A stretch of DNA of 64,000 bases from Selaginella moellendorffii (lineage: Eukaryota; Plantae; Lycopodiophyta), in contig NW_003314273.1 of the NCBI RefSeq assembly GCF_000143415.4, positions 754,074 to 818,073 of the forward strand, read 5' to 3'. Position numbers and translations under genes: made by a program. Positions 1-12,143 of this stretch are shown one piece after another. The notes beneath the pieces are model-generated. The model was given only the letters and a program-made list of their open reading frames with translations. It had not been told where the DNA came from and searched no databases. Within the stretch, counting starts at the first letter, position 1. Every line of letters starts with the position of its first letter.

Positions 1-1594
1 TCATTAGCAGTCCACATAACGACGTTCTTACAACAGGGTGGCATAACGTCGTCGGACCTGGCAACAAAGGCTATGGGCGCGAGCCGAGCAGAAGTTGTGG
101 GGCAGGCATTAGCAGGAGTACCTATGTGGAAGCTTGGACCTGGAAGTCGGCATCCTGGAATCCCGTACATAGTATTTCCGGGTGAGTTTCTAATTTGCCG
201 TTCTTTTTTTCTTATGTCTGTAAGCCGCAGGGAACGTTGGAGGAGTGGATGCTCTTGCCACTGTTGTGTCTCGCTGGGCAAGACCGAAACGAAAATCAAC
301 CAAAGACATTCTTATGGTAATATTTTAAAGCTTGAGAAGTCACTCAAAAAGTGTTTCCTCCCTAGGATGCTGAAAGTGGAGGATATGCGGTGGGAGCTTT
401 TAATATCTACAATTTGGAGGGGGCGAAAGCTGTGATAAGTGCGGCTGAAGCCGAAAAAAGTCCAGCTATCCTGCAGGTGATTTAACAATTAAGCTCCCCT
501 TTAACAAGCAGCTCTTATTCACTTTGTTTATGCATTTGCAAAAGATTCATCCAGCTGCTTATCGGCATGGTGGGCGGGCTTTGGTGGCCTCCTGCACTGC
601 TGCTGCAAAAAGTGCTAACGTACGTAAATCTGTTCACTTTTGGCTTTCTTGAATAAGTTAACAATCCACAATCACATACAGGTGCCTATAACTGTTCATT
701 TCGACCATGGCAATGATGAAGCAGAACTTGTGGAGACCTTGGAGCTGGTAAAGCGACATTATCACGCTTTCTCTTTTTCTATGTACAAATGTTTTTTTAC
801 AGGGATTCGATTCAATAATGGCTGATGGGTCGCACCTAGCATTTGACGACAATGTGGCATTTACCAAGCGTATAGCATCGATGGCACATTCAAAGGGCCT
901 CGTTGTAGAGGCCGAGCTCGGCAGGCTCTCGGGTACAGAAGACGATCAGACCGTCGAAGAATACGAGTCGAAGCTCACCGATATCGACCAGGTTGGCCTC
1001 TCGTTTACAAATTCCGCTAAAACTTTCAACTTGTCGTGGGGTTTTCTTTTTCTCTTCCAGGCGAAAGAGTTCCTGGAAAAGACTTGCGTAGACGGACTTG
1101 CTGTGTGCGTCGGCAATGTCCATGGGAAGTACCCGGCAAGTGGACCGAAACTGGACATGGAACTTCTCAAGGTTTGTGTGTGCCACGCTCTCTGCAATTT
1201 GTATAGTATCCCGACAGATCAATCTGATAAGTTTGACATGCAGGAGCTGAGAAAGACGGCTGCTGACCGTGGAGTGCTCCTTGTCTTGCACGGAGCTTCG
1301 GGCCTACCAGCAAGCATGATCCAGGTGACGGAAAAAAAGACACTCTTTTTTGATTTTGAAGCTTTAATCCAATCCAATCCAATGCTACAGGCCTGCATTG
1401 ACAACGGTGTACGCAAGTTCAACGTAAACACCGAGCTCCGGACGGCCTACACGGAAGCAATCGTGAGCTGCTCCGGAAAGAGAGACATTCTGGAGATGAT
1501 GAAGCACGCTCAATCCGCCATGGAAGCTGTAGCGGCGAGCAAAATGAGGAGCTTTGGCTCATCAAGGAGATCCCCGGGCATCATGAGAGAATGA
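1..1594 (+). CDS. 3' part of ketose-bisphosphate aldolase class-II fusion protein (DUF1537-type kinase C-terminus + class II aldolase), multi-exon, 5'-truncated
   Basis: Exons encode GGITSSDLATK...GVPMWKLG...YIVFPGNVG, then HFDHG, EAELGRLSGTED, GNVHGKY, LVLHGASG and KFNVNTE. They are separated by about 50-80 nt GT-AG introns; stop at 1594. Confidence 0.9.
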
Positions 1595-2117
1595 AGAACC
1601 AAAAGAGCACAGAGGTAGCAAATGATGGGGAATCCAGAAGTGACAATCAAATTGGTGATAATCATCATTCCGTGGAACTTGACGCATCCATGAATGATCG
1701 ATTCAGCTCACGGTGAGCTTTGTCAATCGTGGACTTTGAGAAGAAGTATATCAGATTTGGATCTCTTGGATGGTTCGTAGGTAATGACGTGAGTGGCGCG
1801 AAACTCTCGTGAATATGCTGTGACCAGCAGTGCCAGACAAAACGAATCTTTGGATTTTAAATTTTAAAAAAGATCCCTCCAGAATGGCGGCTGGACGCCA
1901 CTCCAGCCGCAATTTGGAACGACCTGGCCAAACTTCCTCGCAAACCAGGGTAAATCCCCACACCTAATAAAAATCTCCGAGGGTTTTAGAGAATTTTCTT
2001 CCAAGCAAAGAAAGCGAGAGCGAGAAAAGAAAGAGAGAAGAGCGCGAGAAGAAGAAAGTGGTTCTTGATTGGATCTTGATCAAGCAAAGGTATCTCTATT
2101 TCATCCATCCAAGTCAA

Positions 2118-3017
2118 ATGTGTCGAGGGCTTAGCGAGCCGATCGATCCTCCTCCCGGCGACTACTCGGACGATGGCTGGCTGCCCAAGTGGCTGCTGGA
2201 CTGGGAGATGGACGTCGAGGACTTGAATTCGCTGCCGCCGCCGCAGATGGAGCTGAGCCCGGACGATCTCTTCCAGGACGAGCTCCTCCTCCAGGACGCC
2301 ATCTGGTCAATCTCCTCGTCCAGCGCCTCCAGCAATGCGGCCTCGCCCATGGATTCATCGCCCATCACCCCCAATTTGCAGCAGATCGAGCTGACAGTCC
2401 AAGAAGAGGAGCGCCGCCAACAACCGCCGCCACCCCCGCTAGTGGACGAAATCCCCGCCAAGATCCCCAAATTGGAAGCGCAGGACGCCAATGCGGGTTC
2501 TCTACTCCGCCAATTCGCTCGAGAAGAGCAGAGCCAGACCGATCCAGCGTCCGCGATCGTGGAAACCCAGGGCGGCGAGTCCAAGCGATCCAGTCCCGCC
2601 CAGCCGATCAAACACTACCGCGGCGTGCGCCAGCGGCCGTCCGGCAAGTGGGGCGCGGAGATCCGAGACCCACAGCAGAGGGTCCGGCTGTGGCTCGGCT
2701 CGTACGGCACCGCCGAGGCGGCGGCGCTGGCGTACGACGCCGCCGCCAGGAGGATCAAGGGGAAGAAGGCCAAGCTCAACTTCAAGGACGAGGAATCGCT
2801 GGCGTACGCCAAGCTCCACCACCCGCCGGCGGCGCTGAGGAGCAAGAAGCGCGCGAGGCGGTGCACGAGCGGCGATGGCGGCGGCGGCGGGGACGGCATA
2901 TTCCAGACATATACCCGCGGCTACGGGGATATTCTGGGCGCGCTGGAGGATATGCCCCCGGCTCTCAAGGACAAGTTTGCGCGGTTTCTAAGCGGCTGCT
3001 ACGATTCCAGCAGCTAG
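2118..3017 (+). CDS. AP2/ERF transcription factor, ERF-VII-like, starting Met-Cys
   Basis: AP2 domain [20 protein letters not shown]...[31 protein letters not shown]; first ATG at 2118 gives MCRG. Confidence 0.9.
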   Translation: MCRGLSEPIDPPPGDYSDDGWLPKWLLDWEMDVEDLNSLPPPQMELSPDDLFQDELLLQDAIWSISSSSASSNAASPMDSSPITPNLQQIELTVQEEERRQQPPPPPLVDEIPAKIPKLEAQDANAGSLLRQFAREEQSQTDPASAIVETQGGESKRSSPAQPIKHYRGVRQRPSGKWGAEIRDPQQRVRLWLGSYGTAEAAALAYDAAARRIKGKKAKLNFKDEESLAYAKLHHPPAALRSKKRARRCTSGDGGGGGDGIFQTYTRGYGDILGALEDMPPALKDKFARFLSGCYDSSS

Positions 3018-4685
3018 AGTGTGGATCGCGATCGAGCGGAAATGTAAATAGGATGAATCCATCATTCCGGGGACTTTTTTTTGATTAGTTGGAGACAGCG
3101 CACACGAGGGTCGCGATCGTGTTGTCAAAGTGAATAACACTTGGTTTGGTTGTTTAATCACAGCCAACCAAGCCGGCAATTTGCAATCTTCACGTAACCC
3201 TTGTCACGCTCCAGCCAGACTTGACTATAAGATGCGAAAGGTTTTGTTTGATTTTGTCACGTATATTATTGCCAGCGGGCAATGTGACAATCTCTACGTA
3301 ACTCTCTGTCACGCCCCTCCTCGAGGAAATCCTGCGCTTGTGAGCTGCTAGGATTTGTCCTCTTGGTTCTCTTCCTGAAACCCTGAGATTTTAACATACC
3401 AGATCGAATTTCCTATCAGTGCCTGGATCACAGCTGGTGCGCAGATCAGTGCCACGAAGTGCCTATCAGACTTTTTGTCGCCAAATCCCCGGGCCGCCAG
3501 GAGCAAGTTGAGGATGTGTAGTGGATGCGGTCATGGATCAAGAACCTTTACAAGATAACTTCGCGACCACAATCGATCGAAAGAGGATCAAAAGACAATG
3601 CACCGTTACATTTGCCGTGCAGATTTTTGGCGTTTGCCCTAATTCCTTAGCACCACCGCAGCCTACAAAGCGACAGGCAGCGCATGCGCGCGCGCTTGTA
3701 GCAAAAATTATGTTCGCCGATAGCTATCCACGAAAAGCTGTTGGCCCCCCCTTTTTTCCTCTGGAGATTGGATGGGCGAATCTAACTATCAAAACGATAA
3801 GGTTGCCCGTGCTAAGCGCGCAAAAAAGAAAAAAAAATAAAAAAATATACATCTCTCCAACGTTTCCATAGCGCCGACAAATTCATCCAACTCCCACGTG
3901 TCGAGAAATCCCTCTCCAGGCACCAAATACGTTGCACTCTACGAAGCTTCTCCCAATATGCACCGTCTTTACCCCGAAACAAGGCTCCATTCTCCTCCCT
4001 CCAGAAAACGATTAAAATATATGGTGTACGGTACGAGCCCCAAGCTAATGGGCCATGCGGTCACAAACTCCCGCCTTCCGTGCTCCGCCGACACCCAAAG
4101 ATCCAAAACACGGCTTGGCTGCCCGCCACGTGGCGAGCGGCAATTGTCGGCGCTACGGTGGCTTTGTAGAGTCCCTGTCCATATGGTTCTTGTGTACCTA
4201 CAAAAAGAGAGGTAGCTCGGGATGGCCTATCGCTCTCTGCCACGCGGACCGCCGCTGGCCACGGTGGACGATGCCTGGTTACGTAACCGGCGTAACCGGT
4301 GTGTGTGGATGCTTAAATCTTTCGGTCTCGCATTCTCTTTCTAGGGTTCTTGAGCGTCCTTTGCTTTGGCGGAGTTTTTTTTCTGCCAGAGCACTGGGCT
4401 GCAAAGTCGGTGTGTGTGGAGGCGGCAGAAAAAAAAGAGAGAAAAAATTGGACTGCGCACCAGCTGTGATCCAGTGCTCCCGCCTCTCTGCTTTGAGTGT
4501 CATCCACGGCGCCTACTTTCTCTTCTCCAAAATCTCCCCCCTCCTAGCATCGATCGAGCAATCCATGTAGCTGTTCCATTGCGCCATCGATCCCTCGATC
4601 GATAATCTCTCGATTCTCATTGAAATATCTCAAGAACAAGAGGGAAAATTCAAGGATTGTGCGCGACTTCCAAGCGATTCCAGGG

Positions 4686-5795
4686 ATGGAGAACAAGAAG
4701 CCACTTCTCCCCCCCAACAAATGGCTCCATCTTCCATTGGAGCTCCACGAGAAGATCTTCGCGCTCCTCCCAATCGCCGCAATCACTCGCTGCCGCGCCG
4801 TGTGCCACACCTGGCGATCGATCCTCCTCTCCCCGCCCTTCCTCCAGCACTGGGCGCGCATCGCCGCCCCAATCCCCTGGTTCCTCATGTTCCGCGACCA
4901 CAAATTCCGTGCCTACAGCCCCGCCCTGGGCACCTGGCACGACATCCCGGCCGTCAATCCCTCCGACCACGCCTTAGATCTGACGTGCATTGTCGCCTCC
5001 GCGGGAGGCCTCTTGTTCTTGAGCTCCCAGAAGAAGAAGAAGGGCTCGCCTCCACTCCTCCTCGTTTGCAATCCCCTCACAAAATCGTGCCGCATCCTCC
5101 CGGGCCTCTCCCGGATCACGCTCATTTACGTGATGGGGATGATGGAATCGGGCTGGAACTCGTACAAGATCCTCGTCGCCGGGGTTGCGAGCTCCTCCTC
5201 GCAGGAGCTCATCACCGAGATCTACGACTCTGCCAGCGGCGGGTGGGAGTGCCAATCCTCGGCGCGGCTGGACGCTTTCCAGGATTTCTCCGGGATGCGC
5301 GCGGTCTGGAGCGATGGCTTCTTCTACTGCCTCTCAGTGCCGCCTTACAAGCTCGTCGCCTACGACATGGGCAAGCGATCCTGGATCACGCTCGATCACG
5401 CGCAGCAGCTACCGGCGCTGGCCATCCCCAACCTCGCCAGTGCCTCGCTGCTCGTGTGCCGCGGCCGATTGGTCATGGCCGCCAAGATCACCGGCGCCGC
5501 GGCTAGCAAGAGGGTCCGGATCTGGGAATTCGACGCGCAATCGTGCCACTGGAAGGACGCCACCGCCAACAGCGATCCCGTCCTCCAGGAATTCTGCAAG
5601 TGCGTGTCCTATTTCATGGCGCTCCAGCGGCCGCGCGGCCTGGATTCCGTGTGCTTCAATAGCTGGTGCCGGTGGAGGACGCTCATGTACGATGTGTCGC
5701 AAAAGAAGTGGCACTGGCTGCCCGAGCACTGCGGGAGATTCAAGGACATGCTCAGCGGGCTCACTTACGAGCCCACATTCTTGGCCAGAGCTTGA
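4686..5795 (+). CDS. F-box protein with kelch-like/FBA C-terminus, intronless
   Basis: F-box WLHLPLELHEKIFALLP...RCRAVCHTWRSIL, plus ASAGGLL, LVCNPLTK and TEIYDS motifs. Confidence 0.88.
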   Translation: MENKKPLLPPNKWLHLPLELHEKIFALLPIAAITRCRAVCHTWRSILLSPPFLQHWARIAAPIPWFLMFRDHKFRAYSPALGTWHDIPAVNPSDHALDLTCIVASAGGLLFLSSQKKKKGSPPLLLVCNPLTKSCRILPGLSRITLIYVMGMMESGWNSYKILVAGVASSSSQELITEIYDSASGGWECQSSARLDAFQDFSGMRAVWSDGFFYCLSVPPYKLVAYDMGKRSWITLDHAQQLPALAIPNLASASLLVCRGRLVMAAKITGAAASKRVRIWEFDAQSCHWKDATANSDPVLQEFCKCVSYFMALQRPRGLDSVCFNSWCRWRTLMYDVSQKKWHWLPEHCGRFKDMLSGLTYEPTFLARA

Positions 5796-6208
5796 CGAAG
5801 AACCCTAACATCACGCAAGAGCCCTAATTACGTCCACGTGGCTGATCAAGGAAGAGCCAAGTGTTGGTATTTTTTAATCGAGGATCGCTTCAAAGGAAAA
5901 ACTGTCAATAGTTTCTGCGATTCGACACTTTTACAATATAGCTATTTTTCACCGAAAGTTTTCACCGAAAGTACATCTATACTGAAGAACAGTGCTTGCT
6001 TCCGTATCTTTTTTCTTTCTTGGTTCATCCATAGTACATGAACGTCGAGCCTCTGGATCGACGCATATAAATTCCTGTCAAGTTGGATGGTGGAAAGCTG
6101 CAAGACAACCAAGGCAAGAGGAGCTTGATCTAGCAAAACAAGACAAAAGGGAATTTAAAAAGCTGAAAGCACTCACTTGGGAGATCCGTGAAATCCCACT
6201 TTAGTTCG

Positions 6209-7006
6209 TCAATCGCTAGCCTCGGGCGATCTCCTCGACTTGGATGATCGCTCCTTCTTTCGCGAGTGGTCCTTGCGGCTCCTCTTGCTCGACGACGATG
6301 ACGATTTCTTGCTGCGGTGATGGCGCTTCCTCCGGGAGCTCTCGTCGTCATCAGTCGACGAGTAGTCCCTCCGGCTCCTCTTGGAACTGGATTTCCTGCT
6401 CTTGCTGCGATGGCTATGGTGTCTCTTGCGCTTCCTATCACCCTCCGAATCGTCACTGCTCAAGCTATCGTCCTTCTCCGAGGAGTAGCGCTTCTTCTTC
6501 CGGGACGAGGACGACATCTTCTTCGCGATCGCCCTCTCCATCTCCGAATCCACATCACTGTCCGAGTCGCTATCGTCGTCGGAGTCACTGCCCTTGTCGG
6601 AGTCGGTCCCCGGATGAGTCTCTTCGCGCTTTCCGCCCTTGGTGTTGCCCTCCACCGCCACGGCCCCATTGCCCACGTCCTCCTTGGCCACCGCGAGGAA
6701 ATTCCTACACTGGAATGGTAGATGCCCAACTCGCTTGCATCGCCGGCAGGCGCCGCGGGGCTCGTCGCTGCTGGAAACCTGACCGCTCTGGATCTTCGCA
6801 AGCGCCAGCAATCCCTGGAAGCTATCGTAGGCATTCTCTCCTGCCGGCACCGGCGCCGCCCTCTCCCCGCCAGAGGGGTCCTTGCGATCCGGGGCGTAGG
6901 GATCATACCCGATTGCGCTCTGCCAAATCCCGTGAGTCTGTAGCGCCGCGCTGCTGTGCACGCGATTGTTGGCGGGCATGCGAACTCGCCCCGCGGTGGC
7001 CGGCAT
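6209..7006 (-). CDS. CXIP4: CAX-interacting protein 4-like (Zn knuckle, RS/K-rich tail)
   Basis: N-terminus MPATAGRVRMPANNRVHSSAALQTHGIWQSAIGYDPYAP; knuckle CRRCKRVGHLPFQC. Confidence 0.9.
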   Translation of the reverse strand: MPATAGRVRMPANNRVHSSAALQTHGIWQSAIGYDPYAPDRKDPSGGERAAPVPAGENAYDSFQGLLALAKIQSGQVSSSDEPRGACRRCKRVGHLPFQCRNFLAVAKEDVGNGAVAVEGNTKGGKREETHPGTDSDKGSDSDDDSDSDSDVDSEMERAIAKKMSSSSRKKKRYSSEKDDSLSSDDSEGDRKRKRHHSHRSKSRKSSSKRSRRDYSSTDDDESSRRKRHHRSKKSSSSSSKRSRKDHSRKKERSSKSRRSPEASD

Positions 7007-7105
7007 CTTGATCCGCTCTTCCTTCGCTCCGCAACAAACCCTAGCAAAGGAAATGAAAAGAATATGCTTTAGGGTTCTTCGTTTAGGGTTCTTCGCCTTG
7101 TTTTA
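7007..7105. promoter_or_regulatory. 99-bp bidirectional promoter with telo-box-like motifs
   Basis: Divergent ATGs at 7006 and 7106; contains AAACCCTA and a direct repeat of TTTAGGGTTCTTCG. Confidence 0.55.
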
Positions 7106-7449
7106 ATGGCGCTCGTGAAATTCGCTATCGCGTCGGTGTTCATGTGGACGGCGCCGCTGCTCATTCTCCAGGCTTACAAGCGCGATCTCCTCCCAGGTAT
7201 GGCGAGATCGATTCATTTTCTAAGAGATTGGCTCCAGGATTTTCCAGTCTTTCACCGGAAGTGCAAACCATCGTTTGTGGATTACTGGCGGTTGTCTCCG
7301 TCAATGTCGTGATTGCCTTCTACATTCTATCGGCCATGCGAGAGCCTCCGACGAGCGCGGAGCCAAAGCCCGATCCAGAGTTTGTTTCTCGAGCTAGAGC
7401 CAGCGTCGAGGCTCTCCAATCAAGCCCAGAGATCAAGAAGAGCGAGTAA
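7106..7449 (+). CDS. VMA21: V-ATPase assembly factor VMA21-like, 2 exons (intron 7197-7237, 41 nt)
   Basis: Two hydrophobic helices, GLLAVVSVNVVIAFYILSAMREP, and a C-terminal KKxx ER motif (KKSE). Splicing restores the frame. Confidence 0.8.
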
Positions 7450-7509
7450 CAAAAAATTGGTATCGATTGATTCGCCCTCTTTCCTTTCTCTTTCGTTTTT
7501 TCTTTTCTT

Positions 7510-8169
7510 TCATTTGGTCAGCTGGACGACAATAACATAGAATTCTCCATCTGGGACGACTACAATCTCGTGAACCTTGGTACGTACTCTCAAAAGCCTC
7601 ACTTGATCCTGGAGCTAAGAAGTAAAAGATTTTGATGGCAGTAAATCGGAGCTAGAAAATCTGCGAACCTTGGATTCGATGTCGTGGATCAAATCTTTGG
7701 CTTTGGTCGCGAGTGGAACCATGTACGAGGAATACTGGTAACAAAAGTTTTACATGATTGGAGCGATCAAAGGTGTGTTTTTCTTTTCCATTTTCCAGAC
7801 ATTACCCGAGCAGTGGTTTGATCGTCCATCGTGCTCGTGATAGGAATTCCAAGGCTGTCTGTGACGATCGTTCCGAGAATTCCTGTGGAGAAAAGATCAA
7901 AGTCAGCCAGTGGAGCTCTTGATCTTCCAAAGATCTTGGAGGAACCAACCTCTGTGCGACGAGATCTTCTTCACGGTCTCCTCGACGTGATACTGCGAGC
8001 GCGCGAGCGAGCATTAAGCTTCTCCTCGCGGCAATTCTATAGGGGCAAGAGAAACAAACACCTTGGCCTGCGAGAATTCGTGGGGCTCCTTCTTCTTCAC
8101 CTCCACGATCACGGGAGCTTTCTCCTCCTCCTCCTCAGCTGGGGCTTCTTCTTGCTCCTTTTCCTCCAT
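7510..8169 (-). CDS. Dynein light chain, Roadblock/LC7 family, 5 exons (absent from ORF track)
   Basis: Manual splicing: acidic leader | YHVEETVKKISSHRG | ILGTIVTDSLGIPITSTMDDQTTAR | YSSYMVPLATKAKDLIHDIESK | DQVRLLRVRTKVHEIVVVPDGEFYVIVVQLTK*. All introns are GT-AG. Confidence 0.85.
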
Positions 8170-8411
8170 CGCCAAATCTCCAAAGCTTTCGCTCCCGGAG
8201 GAGAGCGAGAGATGCGAGGAGTCATGAGTAATCTGGTCCGTCCATTTTATTTTAACGAAAGTATATACTTAAAAAGATGCTAACCTAGAATGTGCCCCGT
8301 ACAATGTGCCACGTGGAAAGCGCATCCAGTCCGTCCATTTTGAAGCTTACATTTTGCCACGTGAAACTCCCAACATTTAAGGGTATATGCTTGGAGAGAT
8401 GCTCTTTCTTA
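8170..8411. promoter_or_regulatory. Bidirectional promoter with two G-boxes
   Basis: GCCACGTG at about 8308 and 8356, between divergent ATGs at 8169 and 8412. Confidence 0.45.
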
Positions 8412-9651
8412 ATGGGGCAAGCTCTTCGCAGGGCAAGAGGAGCGGCGGCGAGGTTTGCGGAGGAGAAGAGCGCGCCGAGCGATGCCGCGCGCAAGGCCGT
8501 GGCGGCGGAGGACGAAGATCGGCCGATCCGGCTCTACTCGGCGGGCGTTCGGAGGGTGAAGACGAAGGAGCAGCTTGAGACCGAGGCACGATGGGCCGCC
8601 AAGTCGAAAGAATTGTATGGCAATCCAAAGCCAGGTAAGATTTCGATTCCATGTAGCTAGAATCTTGCGATTGAGAAGTGTGAGAGCAGCCCCGGATGCC
8701 AAGGCGCGGCTGCGAGCACAGCAGGAGAAGGAGACCGATTATCGCCCGGATCCTCCATTCGATAAATCATACGATCGTAAGTTTCGTCCATGGATCCTGC
8801 ATTCTCTATGATCAAATTTTTTACTTGTGTTCTTCGTAGAGCCCTTTCCTGGTCACAAACCGGTTGAGCGAGAATCATTTGATCGAGAATGGGACCAGAG
8901 CGATCGCACTTACAAGTATATGGTCCAGAAAGCCGCTGGACAAGTGGTATCCAGGACCGAGAACGTTGGACCTGGAGGAGAGGTACGTGTTCTTGGTACT
9001 ATCATTTTTTTTCCTCTCGACTTCTCATCTAGTTTCCAGCATACCAGCATTTCCACAGTAGCTAGATCGTTCAAACTTCATCTAGTTTCATCTAGTTTCC
9101 GGCATTTTCAGATCGTTCAAAGTTCATCTAGTTTCCAGCACTTACACCATAGCTAAATCGTCCAAACTTCATGTAGTTTCCAGCATTCCCACAGTAGCTA
9201 GATCATCCAAACTTCATCTAGTTTCCACTATAGTTCCTAGCATTTCTTTGCTCGCAACCTCTAGAACTGTGAGCTCTCTCCGGGCTCTTTGCTTCGGCTG
9301 TAGGACCTGTCACTCAAAACGAAGTTTTGGCTTTCCTTCCAGGTCCCAAGAGCGTCATCACCGCAGCCATTCGGGACCCCCGCGCCGCTGAGCCGATCCA
9401 AAGTCGACACTGCCGACAGGGAGGGGCGGATCGTCCCAGGCAAGCTCAACATCCTCCAGCTGAAGCAGGCCTTCCTCCTCCACCATGGCCAAGCCGAGGG
9501 AGCAGTGAAGCAACTGAGCGTGGAAGCCATAGCCGAGAAGTTCGAAGTTAATCCCGACCTCCTCAAGCGCGTGTTTAAACACACCTCTCTTGCGGAGGGC
9601 AAGCCCGTGGACAAGTCCATCTATAGGGGAGTAGCAAAGTCCTCCAGATAA
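8412..9651 (+). CDS. Conserved plant protein, probably NDUFAF4-like complex I assembly factor, multi-exon
   Basis: N-terminus MGQALRRA; last exon PGKLNILQLKQAFLLHHG...IAEKFEVNPDLLKRVFKHTSL. Family recognised from memory. Confidence 0.55.
9022..9246. repeat. Intronic minisatellite, about 43-bp unit, about 5 imperfect copies
   Basis: Unit approximately AAACTTCATCTAGTTTCCAGCATTCCCACAGTAGCTAGATCGTCC. Confidence 0.8.
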
Positions 9652-9974
9652 AAACGAGGAATCTTTCACTTTTACCATGGTATAAAAGAAGAACAATGTT
9701 GACATCCGTGAGTATTTCCACGCCTTTGGTTTCCATAAATTATAGGCAATGTCGACATCTCTAGTCTCTTGACAATCTTGGCTCCTAATAAATAGATCTA
9801 ATCACAATCTTGCACGTAGCGATCGAACGGTAGCGTTTCTTGACTCTTCTTTTCTCATCTAGCCTGCCACTTTTGATTGATGTCTTGATTCTAGCGATCG
9901 ATCTCTTCTACTTATAATCGATGTAGTGGTCATAGGGATCGATCTTTTTCTCGTTTTTTGCTTTTCACCTTTGA

Positions 9975-11068
9975 ATGGATTGCTCCAGCGATGAATCATG
10001 CATCAACAAGGACGAAGCCCTGCGCCTCAAGATCGCGGGGATCGCCGCGATCCTCGTCAGCTCCTTGCTAGGCGTCGCGATCCCGCTGGTGTTCAAGAGC
10101 TTCAATCGCACAAGAGTGTTCTTCGCGGGGCAGTGCTTCGCGGCCGGCGTGATCCTCTCCACCGGTTTCGTGCACATACTCCCGGACGCGTTTGCGGCGC
10201 TCACCAATCCATGCCTGTCGGAGCATCCATGGGAGAAGTTCCCCTTCCCGGGATTCATCGCCATGACCACTTCCATGCTGGTTTTGTTCGTGGATTCCAT
10301 GGCACTGGGCTATTACACTCGCAGGGAGGGGGAGACATCGTCCATGGGCGATCATGCAGATCATCCACACCATGTCCACGCTCATCCTTCCAACGATCAC
10401 AGCGCAGAGGTCTCCAAGGTCCACGATTCGCAGGAGCTTGAAGCCAGTGCCGGGTCGACAACAACAACTATAAAAAACAAAGTTGTGGCTCAGGTAAGTG
10501 TAGAACTTCTAGCCTTTCGCTGTGATCTAGAGTTTGAGGTTTTGACTTTGCAAAGGTGCTAGAGTTTGGGATCCTCGCACATTCGGTGATAATTGGAATC
10601 GCTATGGGGACTTCGAATAGTCCATGTACTGTTCGTCCTTTGGTTGGGGCCCTTGTGTTCCATCAGTTTTTCGAGGGATTAGCACTTGGTGGATGCATTT
10701 CCTTGGTAAGATTGGCATTACTGTGGTAAAGTTTTGATAGATTCAGCCTTGCAATGCAGGGAAGCTTTAAGGCCGTTTCCAAGCTGCTCATGGCTTTGTT
10801 CTTCACTATCACGACCCCCGGTGGAATTGGTATTGGAATGATTATTTCTTCGAGATATAACGAAAATGATCCTAAGGCTTTGATTGTGGAGGGAGTGTTT
10901 GACTCTATGTCAGCTGGAATTCTTATCTACATGGCTTTGGTTGACTTACTTGCCTCTCATTTCATGAGTAAGGAGTTCTTGCAACAATCTTGGAGACATT
11001 ACAGTTTAGGATATTTGTTTTTGGTCTTGGGAGCTGGAGCAATGTCGGTGATTGCTATCTGGGCTTAG
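9975..11068 (+). CDS. ZIP family zinc/iron transporter, 3 exons
   Basis: [19 protein letters not shown], His-rich loop, [37 protein letters not shown] and IAIWA. Confidence 0.93.
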
Positions 11069-11525
11069 ATGTTTTCATAAAAATATAATATAATATGCTT
11101 ATCTGGAAAATCACTTTCTACTTTTCATGTAAATATTTTAAAATAAATATCTCTAAAATATTAACTTCAGCGATAGATAGCTGTAAATAAAGAAGTATTT
11201 AATTTTTATATAATAAAATTGTCTTGTAAATTATAATTAGTGTTATCATATAATTAAATAGAATGCAACACTTTATACCTCTTTGAAGCCTCTTTGATGC
11301 TGGTCAATTTGAATGCTACATTATGATTAGATGCATTTATATATAATCACTTGGTCTTCTGTTGTTGTTTTATGACAAGATTTTATTTGTTTGGGAAAAA
11401 ATAGAGATTAAGTGGCAATAAGAAATATAAGTGTGCAAGTGCCTAAAAATGAATTAAGGCATATATATACTAAAGTAAAAACCATAAAAAAAAGGTTGAT
11501 ATGTTATTCCTCCATCTTCTATGAC

Positions 11526-12143
11526 NNNNNNNNNNNNNNNNNNNNNNNNNNNNNNNNNNNNNNNNNNNNNNNNNNNNNNNNNNNNNNNNNNNNNNNNNNN
11601 NNNNNNNNNNNNNNNNNNNNNNNNNNNNNNNNNNNNNNNNNNNNNNNNNNNNNNNNNNNNNNNNNNNNNNNNNNNNNNNNNNNNNNNNNNNNNNNNNNNN
11701 NNNNNNNNNNNNNNNNNNNNNNNNNNNNNNNNNNNNNNNNNNNNNNNNNNNNNNNNNNNNNNNNNNNNNNNNNNNNNNNNNNNNNNNNNNNNNNNNNNNN
11801 NNNNNNNNNNNNNNNNNNNNNNNNNNNNNNNNNNNNNNNNNNNNNNNNNNNNNNNNNNNNNNNNNNNNNNNNNNNNNNNNNNNNNNNNNNNNNNNNNNNN
11901 NNNNNNNNNNNNNNNNNNNNNNNNNNNNNNNNNNNNNNNNNNNNNNNNNNNNNNNNNNNNNNNNNNNNNNNNNNNNNNNNNNNNNNNNNNNNNNNNNNNN
12001 NNNNNNNNNNNNNNNNNNNNNNNNNNNNNNNNNNNNNNNNNNNNNNNNNNNNNNNNNNNNNNNNNNNNNNNNNNNNNNNNNNNNNNNNNNNNNNNNNNNN
12101 NNNNNNNNNNNNNNNNNNNNNNNNNNNNNNNNNNNNNNNNNNN
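11526..12143. other. Assembly gap (N run)
   Basis: Run of n characters. Confidence 1.

Noticed and set aside
3521-4605. ORFs upstream of the F-box gene
   Set aside because: Mostly non-ATG starts with no motifs; probably promoter or 5' UTR.
9022-9246. CRISPR-like array
   Set aside because: The units are wholly repeated with no unique spacers; it is an intronic minisatellite in a eukaryote, with no cas genes.
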